A stretch of DNA of 64,000 nt from Candidatus Thorarchaeota archaeon (GCA_029855935.1 JAGSHN010000025.1:32001-96000), one strand, 5' to 3'; positions 26,640-37,253 are shown, numbered from the stretch's first letter. Translations and numbers: made by a program. The notes: a model not told the origin generated them from the letters alone.

Positions 26640-26961
26640 CTTGGACACATCACCATACCATCCAACCCCCTGCCCTATCCGCCCCAACCACCATCCATAC
26701 AATCCACCCGTCCCCTCCAGCCATTCTTCTCCCGTCCAGATGTCCGAACTTGTTTGCCTGCTCTGCCCCCTCCGGACTGGTTCGGGATGGCGCGGAGGGC
26801 GATTCTGACTCAAAGTTTGTGGCCGCCTATTCCTCACTCCGAGGGGAAGATGCATAGAAGTATCAGCGGGGCACAGAATCTCTCCACCGAGGCGATGGTG
26901 GCAGCATTCTCAGAACACCGTGTTACACACCCTTATTTCCAGTTCTCCGGAACTCGAGATT

Positions 26962-27834
26962 ATGACTGCCGTGGTCAGCTGCCCCGCCGAGATTCGTCGT
27001 GGTACCCTCCACGACTGCCGCGACCTGCTGACGGTCTATCAGACGACACGATGGTTCTCCCGCCAATACAGTACTGTCGAAGAGGTGAAGAGCGAACACA
27101 GGGGTCGGCTCTTCAACAGACGAGAGTGGCGTGTAGCTGTTATGGATGACAGGGTGGTCGGTGAGACTGTGTTCCGGAACGAGGAGACATCGTGGGGTGG
27201 CCTCATAGGGATAATAGACAGCATCGACGTGGACATCCGTTATCAGAAGCAACACATTGGCACGGGACTCGTCAGGAACGCAGAGCAAGAGCTCGCCCAG
27301 AGAGGAGCAACAAGAGTAGTGACCTACACGGCCCCAGAGAACTACAACTTCTGGATGAAGCTCGGGTACTTCTCCCGAGGCTCCATTGTGAGGCTGCGGT
27401 GCAGACTCGCAGATGTGAGGACCAGGGGGACTCTCAGCGTCAGAGGGAAACCACTCGCAGAGTTCTATCATACGCCCCGCATCTTGAGGTACTCCAATGT
27501 TGCCACCCCGGGACTTGTGGGAAGACTAGCGTCAGAGATAGTCGATCGGGGGCACCGAGGCCGCGTGCTTCAAGTGGTCAGGGACGAGAAGACCATCGGT
27601 GTGGCTGTGGTGCTGAAGAGAGACCCGGTCCGGGGCGAGATAGCTGTGGATGTCTATCCTGGTAATGAGAATCTGATGCAAGATGCAATCATCCTTGCAC
27701 TACGGGCATCATCGAGATACAGGGTGAGTGAGGTGGAGTGCCTTGTGCCTAGTGACAGGACACACTACTTTGAGGAAACGGGGTCGTGGCGAGTTGAGGA
27801 CCCGCTTCTTGTGCCCGTCACAAGACTCCTATGA
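26962..27834 (+). CDS. GNAT family acetyltransferase (probable tandem GNAT)
   Basis: IDVDIRYQKQHIGTGLV acetyl-CoA motif and NFWMKLGY; degenerate second domain. Confidence 0.85.
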   Translation: MTAVVSCPAEIRRGTLHDCRDLLTVYQTTRWFSRQYSTVEEVKSEHRGRLFNRREWRVAVMDDRVVGETVFRNEETSWGGLIGIIDSIDVDIRYQKQHIGTGLVRNAEQELAQRGATRVVTYTAPENYNFWMKLGYFSRGSIVRLRCRLADVRTRGTLSVRGKPLAEFYHTPRILRYSNVATPGLVGRLASEIVDRGHRGRVLQVVRDEKTIGVAVVLKRDPVRGEIAVDVYPGNENLMQDAIILALRASSRYRVSEVECLVPSDRTHYFEETGSWRVEDPLLVPVTRLL

Positions 27835-29415
27835 CTCCTCCTCGGCTTGTGCCTGAAGCACCATGTGATACAGCCAGTTGGTGAATATCAATGCCACACC
27901 CACAGACCATATGCTGGCAAGATTGAGATGCCAGACAATGAGCTCTGGGGTGTTCACACCGAGAACGAAGAACAGGCCAAGGGTGACGACAAAGAACAGC
28001 CCATCGACAAGAAGCATGCTCCTGACAGGCAGCCCCCTCTTCAGGCGGATGAGAGGAATTGAGAACGCCACAGCGAGTAGGACTATGCCACTCGCCATCT
28101 CCTCAATCTTCAGCGAGGCAAAGCCAAAGTCGCGGCTTGTCTCGGCCGTTAGACCCTCTGGAGTTTCGACCACTACTTTCACTGTGTGCTGCCACTTTGT
28201 GTAGTTGCCAACGTCGATTGTGAAGTTGAACAGACCGGGGGCCGCCGAAACGCCGACAAGTCCCGGCACAGGTTCGTCGTCAACATAGACCGTGACATTG
28301 ACATGGTCCCACGTTGACTCGATACGCACCGTGAACTCGGCAAGGCCGACCACAACATCGCTGCTTGGTCCGACAAAGGAGATCTCGGGGGACCCGTGAT
28401 TGTTGACGATCAGTATGAGTTCCACGGTCCAACTGTGTCCATAGGGGTCGTAGGCAATGAAGGTGAAGTTATGCTCGCCCTCAGAGAGATATGTTGTGTC
28501 CATAGTGAACGTCGAGATGCCACTAGGAACGGTGATATTGGCTACATCGGGGGCGAGGTCGCCGTCCACGTAGACCGTGAGGTTGACAGTATCGTAAGGG
28601 GTGAAGACCTTGATCCTGAACTCCTGCTCTCCTGACACCTCGGAGTACTGGACAGTCTCAAGCAACGCAAATCTCACATAGTCGAGGAAGTTCACCTGAC
28701 GTGATGCGCTTGCCGAGAGACCCTCCTCCGTCCAGACTGTGACATCCACGAGATTCTCTCCGTTCTCGTACCGACTACCGTTGATAGTGTAGTTGTTGAG
28801 GCCGACGGGAACCTTGGTGCCGTTGAACTCCGGCGTGATCTCTCCATTCACTGATACGTTGAGATAGACCTCTGGATAATCAGCCGTGATGTTCAGGGTC
28901 AGGTTATCGAGCCCGGTAAAGAAATCGTCAACGCCAGGGCTCACTATTGTAACGTGTGGAGGACCGTGATTGTTGACTTCGAACACAAGATGGTAGGTCT
29001 CCCGGTCAGGAGGCGTGAAAGTCTGGTTCTCGAAGAGTAGCGTGAAGTTGCGGAGGCCCTCCGAGAGGGTTGTCGTGTTGACTGTGACGTTCTGCACGCC
29101 AGTCCCAATCAGGGTCCTGTTATAGTCCGGGTATATCATACCATCAACGAAGAGCGTGAGGTTGAGAGGACCGTTCGCCGACGTGATGTTCAACGTGACG
29201 TTGACGGTGCCGACCAGCTCAGACTGGTTCGCCGGGCTCAGCAGGGCTATGGTTATGTTTGGAGAGTCGTAGCCCGCTGGATTGAATGTCGCCGCCTTCG
29301 CAGCGCAATCAGACGTGGCATTGACAGTGGCTCCGGGGGCCGCCGGGGCCACAACAGCCGCACCCACCATCATGACCGTCACGAACAACAGTACCAATAG
29401 ACTCGATTTCCTCAT
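27829..29415 (-). CDS. Cell-surface protein with about 4 Ig-like repeats and a C-terminal multi-TM anchor
   Basis: Signal peptide; repeated V-x-VDG/VNG, LSEG and VNNHG units; many N-x-S/T sequons; 3 C-terminal TMs. Confidence 0.8.
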   Translation of the reverse strand: MRKSSLLVLLFVTVMMVGAAVVAPAAPGATVNATSDCAAKAATFNPAGYDSPNITIALLSPANQSELVGTVNVTLNITSANGPLNLTLFVDGMIYPDYNRTLIGTGVQNVTVNTTTLSEGLRNFTLLFENQTFTPPDRETYHLVFEVNNHGPPHVTIVSPGVDDFFTGLDNLTLNITADYPEVYLNVSVNGEITPEFNGTKVPVGLNNYTINGSRYENGENLVDVTVWTEEGLSASASRQVNFLDYVRFALLETVQYSEVSGEQEFRIKVFTPYDTVNLTVYVDGDLAPDVANITVPSGISTFTMDTTYLSEGEHNFTFIAYDPYGHSWTVELILIVNNHGSPEISFVGPSSDVVVGLAEFTVRIESTWDHVNVTVYVDDEPVPGLVGVSAAPGLFNFTIDVGNYTKWQHTVKVVVETPEGLTAETSRDFGFASLKIEEMASGIVLLAVAFSIPLIRLKRGLPVRSMLLVDGLFFVVTLGLFFVLGVNTPELIVWHLNLASIWSVGVALIFTNWLYHMVLQAQAEEES

Positions 29416-29594
29416 TGTCACGCCTTCCTGACACCCAGGAGTCTGTTAGTCGGGCGACTGAGCCGTCAACCAGAACCCCATTTTTAAAGCTAGCGCAAGT
29501 CGTGACGCTGTACTATCGGTCGAGTGGCTACGAGAATGTGTTCACACCACAACTGTTTTTGAAGCGACGTGCAGAACTGTGCACGGTCACAAAC

Positions 29595-30131
29595 GTGAGA
29601 AAGTGGGAATTCACCAGCACTGACGGTAGATCCATCACTGTGAGGGAGGCGTTCCCCGAGGACGCCCAGAACATGCATACGGGTTTCTCGGATGTCGTCA
29701 GAGAGGGCAAGTGGCTCCCCACGTATCGTCCCAACGGAACGATATCTGACTGGGTGTCGTGGATCCATCGGGCGAAACGCAGCCGAGAGATACTGCTTGT
29801 TGGCGAGGTCGATATGAGGTACGCTGGTCATCTCAGCATCCAGCCTGAGGAGTGGGATGCATCTCGTCACGTTGGTCGGCTGGGCGTCATAGTGGTACAG
29901 CCGCTCAGAGGGATTGGCGTGGGGAGAGCACTGCTGCAGGTCGCAGAGATGGTGGCCGCGGAGAAGGGCTATGAGAAGATAGTCCTCTCGACCTTCAGCA
30001 ACAATTGTATTGCCAGACACCTCTATGAGAGTGTAGGATATCGAATGGTCGGAGTCAGAGAAAAACACTTTGTGATGGGCGGAAACTATATCGATGAGAT
30101 TCTCTATGAGAAGCTGCTTGAGCCTTTCTAG
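29595..30131 (+). CDS. GNAT family acetyltransferase
   Basis: HVGRLGVIV..LRGIGVGRALL, NCIARHLYESVGY; start taken at GTG 29595. Confidence 0.88.
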   Translation: MRKWEFTSTDGRSITVREAFPEDAQNMHTGFSDVVREGKWLPTYRPNGTISDWVSWIHRAKRSREILLVGEVDMRYAGHLSIQPEEWDASRHVGRLGVIVVQPLRGIGVGRALLQVAEMVAAEKGYEKIVLSTFSNNCIARHLYESVGYRMVGVREKHFVMGGNYIDEILYEKLLEPF

Positions 30132-30161
30132 GTCCTAACGAGAGACGATGGCTGTGATTCA

Positions 30162-30671
30162 ATGTGGCAACGTATGGTTGAGGTTCTCGGTGACTCTCCG
30201 CAGAGACTGATGGTCGGGCAGGGCATCGTCCGACACGGACTCAGAGTGGCTGGCCCAGGCGACATCAGATGTGGTGAGATTAGAATTCCTCTGAAGTCCG
30301 TGGGGAGAGCGCTGGGCGTGGACCGACGAACGGTCCGAGCCACCACTGAGGCGATATGTGCAGATGAGGACCTCTTCAGGTTCTTCTCCAGACTCAGTCC
30401 GGCTGGACCCTCGCTGGAGAGGGTGAGTGACGTCTTCGGATACGGAGTTGTCATAATCTATGTCGAGAGCCCAGAGAATCCCGGCATTCTGTCCCAGGTC
30501 GCTTCTGTGATCGCAGACCATGGGGTGGCCATCAGACAGGTTATCGCCGAGGACGTGGCCATCTATCCCGAGCCGTGCCTGCGAGTCATAACGCAAGAAA
30601 CACTCCCGGGCTCCCTAATCAATGTCCTCGCGTCCATTGAGGGAGTCAGCAGGGTCGTCATTGAGAAGTAG
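30162..30671 (+). CDS. ACT-domain regulator of amino-acid metabolism (COG2150-like)
   Basis: GRALGVDRRTV HTH-like segment; PGILSQVASVIADHGVAIRQ ACT domain. Confidence 0.88.
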   Translation: MWQRMVEVLGDSPQRLMVGQGIVRHGLRVAGPGDIRCGEIRIPLKSVGRALGVDRRTVRATTEAICADEDLFRFFSRLSPAGPSLERVSDVFGYGVVIIYVESPENPGILSQVASVIADHGVAIRQVIAEDVAIYPEPCLRVITQETLPGSLINVLASIEGVSRVVIEK

Positions 30672-30757
30672 TATCGGCGCCCACGGCCTCCTCCTGTAAG
30701 TGAGGGGGCTTCGTGAAAGGATGGACACAATGCCTCGTCCTGAAGAACACTAGAGCC

Positions 30758-31588
30758 CTACACTACCTTCTTGAGATATGCGTACAGAGCGCCCCAGCCT
30801 AGGACAGCGACCAGTGGCACCGTGAAGAACACCAATGCGCGAGCCAGAGCCACAAATAGCAACACAGGAGTGCCATTCCGGCGCTCATTCCACAGGATGA
30901 TTGTGTCGAGGACGACTGCAGGAATCGAAAACAGGAACGGATTCGTAGCAAGCGTGAACTGAGCCGCTGACTGGAAGAATTCGACGGGAGGGTACGGACT
31001 GGCACCGAAGACGAGTGCCATCAATGCGAGCAACAACGCGCGCAGAATGACGATCAGTAACACAATTAGGTATCCAATCGCTGCAAGCCAGGCGATACTG
31101 CTGCGGTTGCCCCTTCTGTAGGCATTAAACCCTCGGAAGATCTGCAAGAAACCATATACGTACAGAAACACAGAGAAAACAGTGGCAAGCACGGCAGTAG
31201 CCGTTGGGTAATGGACGTATACACCAAAGAGCCACGCGAGTGAGGCACCCACCGCGATGACGAACGATCCGGAAGAGATCCTCCCCACAACATAGGGATC
31301 CAGCCCTGCCGAAGGACGTGCCCACTCCTCACGTCGAGGCGGAGCGATGACTGGCTGCACGGCCGGGGCATAGGAACGTTGCGACGACAATGTCGCGGGC
31401 TCGACCATCGGAGACTCCGGTTGTGACACCGCTTGAGGTTCGCTCACCGATATCCCAAATCCCCTCGCACAGTCTATGCAGTAGGCGACTCCGGATACCG
31501 TATGCGTGCACTCCTCACATAGGGGTCTTCCGCAAAAGGCGCAAGTGTTGACGGCTTCTCTGTCCGGATGGTAGAAACATGGGTCCAC
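30758..31588 (-). CDS. B-box zinc finger membrane protein
   Basis: CFYHPDREAVNTCAFCGRPLCEEC...YCIDC, then a Pro-rich linker and about 5 TMs. Confidence 0.8.
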   Translation of the reverse strand: MDPCFYHPDREAVNTCAFCGRPLCEECTHTVSGVAYCIDCARGFGISVSEPQAVSQPESPMVEPATLSSQRSYAPAVQPVIAPPRREEWARPSAGLDPYVVGRISSGSFVIAVGASLAWLFGVYVHYPTATAVLATVFSVFLYVYGFLQIFRGFNAYRRGNRSSIAWLAAIGYLIVLLIVILRALLLALMALVFGASPYPPVEFFQSAAQFTLATNPFLFSIPAVVLDTIILWNERRNGTPVLLFVALARALVFFTVPLVAVLGWGALYAYLKKVV

Positions 31589-31928
31589 TCGATACTTCCT
31601 CCGTGTGCCGAGTCATCAGAGTTATCTACTACGCAACGTCCAGCCTAGAGACGCCACACATCTGCTGAAATAGCTTACTGGTCTAGACTAGCCAACACTG
31701 TGCCCCCCCCGGCGTCTGGCCATATCGTTTCCGCAGTATGTCTTGAAACATCACTATGCCAGTCCGAGGACACTAGGATGGGGCACGGGAACTAGCTGCC
31801 TCTGCTGGAATACGAACGCCCAGAGCGTAAGCGCTCTGCAGCAGCCACCTGCGTTCGAAACTATGCCCCCTCCGCGACACTAAAAAGAGAGCTCTCGGGG
31901 CCTGATGTCATTCCGGGGGTTGATAGAT

Positions 31929-33212
31929 ATGGCAGTGAACACAACCGGGAATGGCGGTCCGCACGACATCAACCCCTCTCAGATTCAAGCGTCAGATATG
32001 GGCCAAGTGTGGATGCTGGCGCTGTCGCTCGCCATTCTGCAGGTCGGCTTCGGGATAGTGGTGCCGATATTTCCATTCTACATTGTCGAACTTGGCGTCG
32101 GCGCCACCGAACTAGGAGTCTTGGCATCGGCCTTCGCAATCACACGTGTCGCTCTTGCGGGCCCTCTCGGTGGTCTATCGGATCGCACGGGGCGGAAGCG
32201 TGTGATGCTCGGCGCTCTGATTGGCTTTGCCGCTGCCAATCTTGTCTACGCTGCAGCACAGGACATCATCCTAATGATTGCCGCACGAGCAGTCGAGGGT
32301 GCTGTTTCGGCCGGATTCTTCCCCGCGGCCAACGCTTTCGTCTCGGACGTGACAACACCCGAGAATCGTGGCACTGCTATGGGCTACCTCAACACGGGGA
32401 ACATGGTGGGCTTTATTCTCGGCCCCGCGCTCGGCGGTGCTCTCGCACAGTTTCTTGGCGTCAGGCTGCCCTTTGTCATCGCCGCAGCCATCACAATGGC
32501 GACATTCTGTTCGGTGGCGCTACTCGTCAGAGAGCCTGAGAAGAACGTGGATAGGATGCGCAACTTCGAGGAGGTGTCACTGAGGGAGGTCTTCGGCGTT
32601 CGGCCTCGAGAATACTCCGCGCTGGCCGTGGCTATGTTCGCCAACATGTTCGCCATTGGTATTCTTGAAGTTGCATTCACAATGGACGCCGTCATCAGGC
32701 TTGAGGTGACACCAATTGAGATTGGTCTGTTCTTCGGCGTTCTGGGCCTTGTGATGATGGTGGGCAGTGTGGTGTTCGGCAAACTCTCCGACATACGGGG
32801 ACGTAAGTGGCTCATAGTTCTTGGTGCTATTGTAGGCGCAATCTCACTGTATATGTTCACAATCGTCACCGATCCTGTTGGCCTGTATATCGCGGGTAGT
32901 GTTCTCGCTCTCGCAATCTCGATGCGTGGGCCGACAATTCAGGCTCTTATTGGCGACCTCACGGATGAGCGTGCGTACGGTGTCGTGATGGGGGCCTTCG
33001 GCGCCATCAGCAACGGCGCCTATGCTGTCAGCCCACTACTCGGGGGAGTGATGTTCGATGCCACGGGCAATAGCGTGTCTAGCCTTGGCCTCGCAGCCCT
33101 TGTGACACTGGCTGGAGGAGCTGCTGCGGCAGTTGGGCTTCCCGGAGGCCCACCTGCGAAACTTACGCTGAGCGAGGACGTGGACATTCAGGCGGGTGTG
33201 CGTGAGTTCTAG
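31929..33212 (+). CDS. MFS transporter (DHA1-like)
   Basis: GGLSDRTGRK and GKLSDIRGRK motif A; 12 TMs. Confidence 0.93.
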   Translation: MAVNTTGNGGPHDINPSQIQASDMGQVWMLALSLAILQVGFGIVVPIFPFYIVELGVGATELGVLASAFAITRVALAGPLGGLSDRTGRKRVMLGALIGFAAANLVYAAAQDIILMIAARAVEGAVSAGFFPAANAFVSDVTTPENRGTAMGYLNTGNMVGFILGPALGGALAQFLGVRLPFVIAAAITMATFCSVALLVREPEKNVDRMRNFEEVSLREVFGVRPREYSALAVAMFANMFAIGILEVAFTMDAVIRLEVTPIEIGLFFGVLGLVMMVGSVVFGKLSDIRGRKWLIVLGAIVGAISLYMFTIVTDPVGLYIAGSVLALAISMRGPTIQALIGDLTDERAYGVVMGAFGAISNGAYAVSPLLGGVMFDATGNSVSSLGLAALVTLAGGAAAAVGLPGGPPAKLTLSEDVDIQAGVREF

Positions 33213-34048
33213 ACCATCTCAGCAGCCACGTAGGCAACGACACTCTCGGGCGAGCCTGTCACAACTCCAGAGTTTGTGTACTTGAGCAGGTTGAAACTCG
33301 TCGCTCCGCGCTCCTTGGCGAAGACCATTGCTGCTGCTATCGGCCCAGCACCGCAGATGGAGATATTGTGGTTGCGTACGAACTGAAGGAAACCTCTCGG
33401 ATCCATCATCTCAAGATACTCCATTGCCTGGTAGTCCTTTCGCCGGGCGGCGTCCGCGTGCTCAAAGTGTGTAAAGTCGGAACTCGCAATCACAAGTATG
33501 TCGAACTCTTCGGCCAGTCTCGCCAGCGTCTTGCCAATACTCTCACACACCTCGTACCTCTGGTCGCTGACACATATCGGGACGAAGGGCACACCGTCTC
33601 CGAAGATGTATTGCAGAAAGGGAAGCTGTACCTCGATTGAGTGCTCGCGCGCGTGCGCCAGACAGTCATAGGTCGCGATGGGGTCTGCATTGACGATCTG
33701 CGCACCGAGCGCACGGTCAAACATCACGGTCCCCAGTGGAGTCTCCCAGTCCTCGTTGCACACTGCGAGCCGTGCGCCCAGCCCTGTGTGATTCGGCCCG
33801 AGAATCACAATGTGTTCCGGTTGACCGTCCTCAAAGAGCCTGAGATAAGAGTGGGCCGCTGCAGCACCCGAATAGACGTATCCAGCGTGAGGACTCACAA
33901 GAGCCTTGATTGAGCGTGATGTCCCTGCCTCACCTGACGGTAGCCGTCCCGGCCCTTGAGGGTCGAGAAAACACTCCTCAATCCTCTTCAGGAGGAGGTC
34001 GCGCTTACCCTCGTAGAACGAACCAGCAACGACAGGCATCCTCACCAT
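33209..34048 (-). CDS. AmmeMemoRadiSam protein B / MEMO1 family
   Basis: RMPVVAGSFY, PHAGYVYSG, GPNHTG, EHSIEVQLPFL, SSDFTH, SICGAGP. Confidence 0.93.
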   Translation of the reverse strand: MVRMPVVAGSFYEGKRDLLLKRIEECFLDPQGPGRLPSGEAGTSRSIKALVSPHAGYVYSGAAAAHSYLRLFEDGQPEHIVILGPNHTGLGARLAVCNEDWETPLGTVMFDRALGAQIVNADPIATYDCLAHAREHSIEVQLPFLQYIFGDGVPFVPICVSDQRYEVCESIGKTLARLAEEFDILVIASSDFTHFEHADAARRKDYQAMEYLEMMDPRGFLQFVRNHNISICGAGPIAAAMVFAKERGATSFNLLKYTNSGVVTGSPESVVAYVAAEMV

Positions 34049-34175
34049 AGGTCATCCCGCCGACAGGTATGTCACCGTCGGTCAAAAGGTTTGCCAACTG
34101 TCGACAGCCCGTCTCGGATGGTAATGATTGGTATAAGAACAATTCAAGTATTAGGGAGTGACAACGTGTCTTGCA

Positions 34176-35510
34176 ATGTGCGACACGATCATCGCGCTAG
34201 GGAAGGCCACGAGTGACGGACGTACTTTGTTTGGGAAGAACAGCGACAGGCCACCAAATGAGTGCCAAGTCGTAGAGTATCACCCAAGCCGTCAGTACGA
34301 CCCCGGCACCGAGTTGAGGTGCACGTATGTCACCATTCCTCAGGTGGAGAGAACGAACGCCATCATCATCTCTCGTCCTTTCTGGATGTGGGGCGCCGAG
34401 ATGGGATGCAACGAACACGGTGTGGTGATAGGCAATGAGGCTGTCTTCTCCAATGAGGAGGTACCGGAGACTGGTCTGCTGGGAATGGACCTCCTTCGTC
34501 TGGGGCTGGAACGTGGGGACTCTGCGACAAGTGCTCTTGACGTGATGGTCGAGCTTCTCGAGTGTCACGGCCAGGGAGGAATCTGCGAGCTTGGGGGAGC
34601 AATGATGTATCACAACAGCTTCATCATTGCTGACCCAGATGAGGCGTGGGTTCTTGAGACATCTCAGCGACGATGGGTCGCCCTCAGGGTGAGAGATGTC
34701 TGGTCAATATCGAATGGGTATACGATAACCACCAAGTGGGACCGAGGGTCAGACGACGTAGTCGAGCACGCCGTGGAACAGGGCTGGTACGATGAGGACA
34801 GCGAATTCGACTTCGCCGCGGCCTACGGAAATGAGGCGATGCGGTATATTTCAAGGTGCGACGACAGGCTGAGCTGTACAAGAAGATGGCTCAGGGATGC
34901 GCACGGGGAGATCGACTTCTTTACCATTGCTGAGACCCTGCGTGACCATCCGGATGGCTGGACCCCTTGGTCACAGGAGCAGGCTGCGGTCTGCCAGCAT
35001 GCGAGTCACGAGAACGCCTATGCGACAACCGGAGCGCAGATCTCCGAACTTGGAAGCGACCCCGTGCACTGGTTCACTGGCTCGTCCACTACTTGTATGA
35101 GCGTCTTCTGGCCCATCTCGTTCAACCGACACGCATTGTATGATGGCTTTGATGTCGGAGGAGAACGCTATACCGAAGACTCCTACTGGTGGAAACGCGA
35201 GAGAGTGAACAGGATGCTCACACTCAGATTCACAGACGCGTTTCCGAGGTATCGAGAGATCGTGAGCGAGATACAGGGCAGGACATACGACCTCTACTAC
35301 TCCGGTGGAATGACCGCAGACTTCGAGGAACTCATTGAAGAACATAGCGATGCCCTGACCGTGCTCTCCAAGAAGATTTCGGAACCCAGCGGCCTTCCGG
35401 GAGAGTTCGTTGACTACTGGGAGAAGAGGAGCAAGGAGACAGGGGTCAGTCTAGACTGGGCTGGGTCAAGGGACCAAGAGCAGAACCACGGCTCCGCTTC
35501 TGACTCGTAG
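34176..35510 (+). CDS. C69 family dipeptidase / secernin-like Ntn hydrolase
   Basis: N-terminal MCDT nucleophile, GKNSDR, WMWGAEMGCNEHGV.IGNEA, GMDLLRLGLER. Confidence 0.92.
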   Translation: MCDTIIALGKATSDGRTLFGKNSDRPPNECQVVEYHPSRQYDPGTELRCTYVTIPQVERTNAIIISRPFWMWGAEMGCNEHGVVIGNEAVFSNEEVPETGLLGMDLLRLGLERGDSATSALDVMVELLECHGQGGICELGGAMMYHNSFIIADPDEAWVLETSQRRWVALRVRDVWSISNGYTITTKWDRGSDDVVEHAVEQGWYDEDSEFDFAAAYGNEAMRYISRCDDRLSCTRRWLRDAHGEIDFFTIAETLRDHPDGWTPWSQEQAAVCQHASHENAYATTGAQISELGSDPVHWFTGSSTTCMSVFWPISFNRHALYDGFDVGGERYTEDSYWWKRERVNRMLTLRFTDAFPRYREIVSEIQGRTYDLYYSGGMTADFEELIEEHSDALTVLSKKISEPSGLPGEFVDYWEKRSKETGVSLDWAGSRDQEQNHGSASDS

Positions 35511-35578
35511 CTTCATTTCGCATAGACGTAAGAGGCCGACTTGTTGATTGATTCCTTCCGGGGCTACGGCAGCAGGAG

Positions 35579-36952
35579 TCACCATCCTAGTGGGTCCTCG
35601 CGACGTGTCGCGGGGGTTTCTCTCGCCGTTCTACCCGTGGTTTCTTGATTCAGCAGTGCGCGTATCTCGTCGACGAGCCGCTCCAGAGGCACTACGGCCG
35701 TGTCCTTAGTTTCCATGTCCCGCACACTTACATTTCCCGCCGCGAGGTCCTTAGCTCCCACGATGACCACGAGCCGCGCCCTTCGTGAGTCCGCACGCTC
35801 GAGCTGCTTCTTCAGGGAGCGCTCCATTATGTCAACTTCGGAGACTAGGCCAGCACGCACCAGTTCCTGCTGGATTCTCATCGCGTGTCTGACCATCGCT
35901 CTCTTGATTGGTGCCACGAAGACATCAAGACGGGGACGAAGCTCCTTGTCCTTCCCGCGAGCGATCAGGACATCGATGAAACGACTTATGCCCAGAGAGA
36001 TTCCGGTTGCTGGTGTGTGCGGGCCACCAAACCTCTCAATCAAGTTGTCATAGCGTCCGCCGCCGAGAACCGAACCCACGTACGGTTGTCCGAGGTACCT
36101 GCCCTCGAACACGGGGCCGGTGTAGTAGTCGAGCCCCCTTGCGAGGGATAGGTCGAACTCCACGTACTTCTCAACATCCACCTCGGCGAATATCTCCGCC
36201 ATAAACTCCAGCTCGTCGACGCCCTCAAGACCCACCTCTGAGCCGTTCAGCACCCCTCTGAACTCGTCCAGCGCAGCGGTACCTGTTCCTCGAATCTCAA
36301 TAGCACTCAGGAGAACCTCACTCGCCTCTCGGTCAATGCCGCGCTCGGACAGCTCTTCACTGACTCCGTCGACACCTATCTTGTCGAGCTTGTCGATGGC
36401 CCGGAAACACTCGTACGTGAGGCTGTCGGGAACGCCCGCTCGCTCTATGAGCCCTCGAAGTACCTTTCGACTGTTGATCTTGATCACGTAGTCCTTTCCC
36501 AATACCCTGCGCAGAAACTCAAGTGCCACAAGAACAACCTCGGCGTCCGCAGCGGGACTGGATGATCCCACAATATCCACGTCTGCCTGCATGAACTCTC
36601 TATAGCGTCCAGCCTGCGGACGATCGTACCGCCAAGCCTTGCCTATTGCGTATCTCTTGAACGGCTTGGGTAGCGTCGGATTGGAAGCAACAATCCTTGC
36701 GAGAGGGACTGTCAGGTCGAAACGAAGGCCGACGTCACGGTCCCCCTTGTCCTTGAACTTGAAGGTCTCAGCCTCCACCTCCTCACCACCCTTCGCACTC
36801 AGGGTCTCCCAGAGCTCCATCACCGGGGAGTCCAGAGGCTCGTAGCCGTACTGCCTGAAGACGCTCACAGCAGTCCGCACAAGATAGTCCTGAACCCACA
36901 TCTCGGGCCCCATCAGGTCCCTCGTACCACGTACAGTACGCATCTCACCCAA
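35579..36952 (-). CDS. hisS: Histidine--tRNA ligase
   Basis: VRGTRD, LRFDLTVP, RYDRPQAGRYREF.QAD, ARGLDYYTG, GGGRYDNL. Confidence 0.97.
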   Translation of the reverse strand: MGEMRTVRGTRDLMGPEMWVQDYLVRTAVSVFRQYGYEPLDSPVMELWETLSAKGGEEVEAETFKFKDKGDRDVGLRFDLTVPLARIVASNPTLPKPFKRYAIGKAWRYDRPQAGRYREFMQADVDIVGSSSPAADAEVVLVALEFLRRVLGKDYVIKINSRKVLRGLIERAGVPDSLTYECFRAIDKLDKIGVDGVSEELSERGIDREASEVLLSAIEIRGTGTAALDEFRGVLNGSEVGLEGVDELEFMAEIFAEVDVEKYVEFDLSLARGLDYYTGPVFEGRYLGQPYVGSVLGGGRYDNLIERFGGPHTPATGISLGISRFIDVLIARGKDKELRPRLDVFVAPIKRAMVRHAMRIQQELVRAGLVSEVDIMERSLKKQLERADSRRARLVVIVGAKDLAAGNVSVRDMETKDTAVVPLERLVDEIRALLNQETTGRTARETPATRREDPLGW

Positions 36953-36972
36953 AAGTCAGGCCTCCAACAAGT

Positions 36973-37057
36973 CTCCTCGGCGACGAGCATCTGGACTGGC
37001 TCATTTCAGCAGGGAAGATGAACGGGTCCACCAACCATCCAGATCGTCACCCAAGAG
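36973..37057 (-). promoter_or_regulatory. Structured 5' leader of hisS
   Basis: Begins about 20 nt downstream of TTTAAA (37077-37082); nested helices of about 13, 6 and 5 bp. Confidence 0.4.
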
Positions 37058-37253
37058 GCAACCTCAGCCGGCCGACTTTAAACCTTGCGATTGACAGGAG
37101 TCTTGCAGAGAGCCACAGGATATTGTAGGGCAGAGTGACGGTTCCGGGTTCCACCATCTAGTCCAAGCCTGCCCCGCCCTGGGGCTTCCAGCACAGGTCA
37201 TCCGCGATTCGGGACAGCCCGCGCCTCTTGGTCAAACACCGGAACAACACGCT

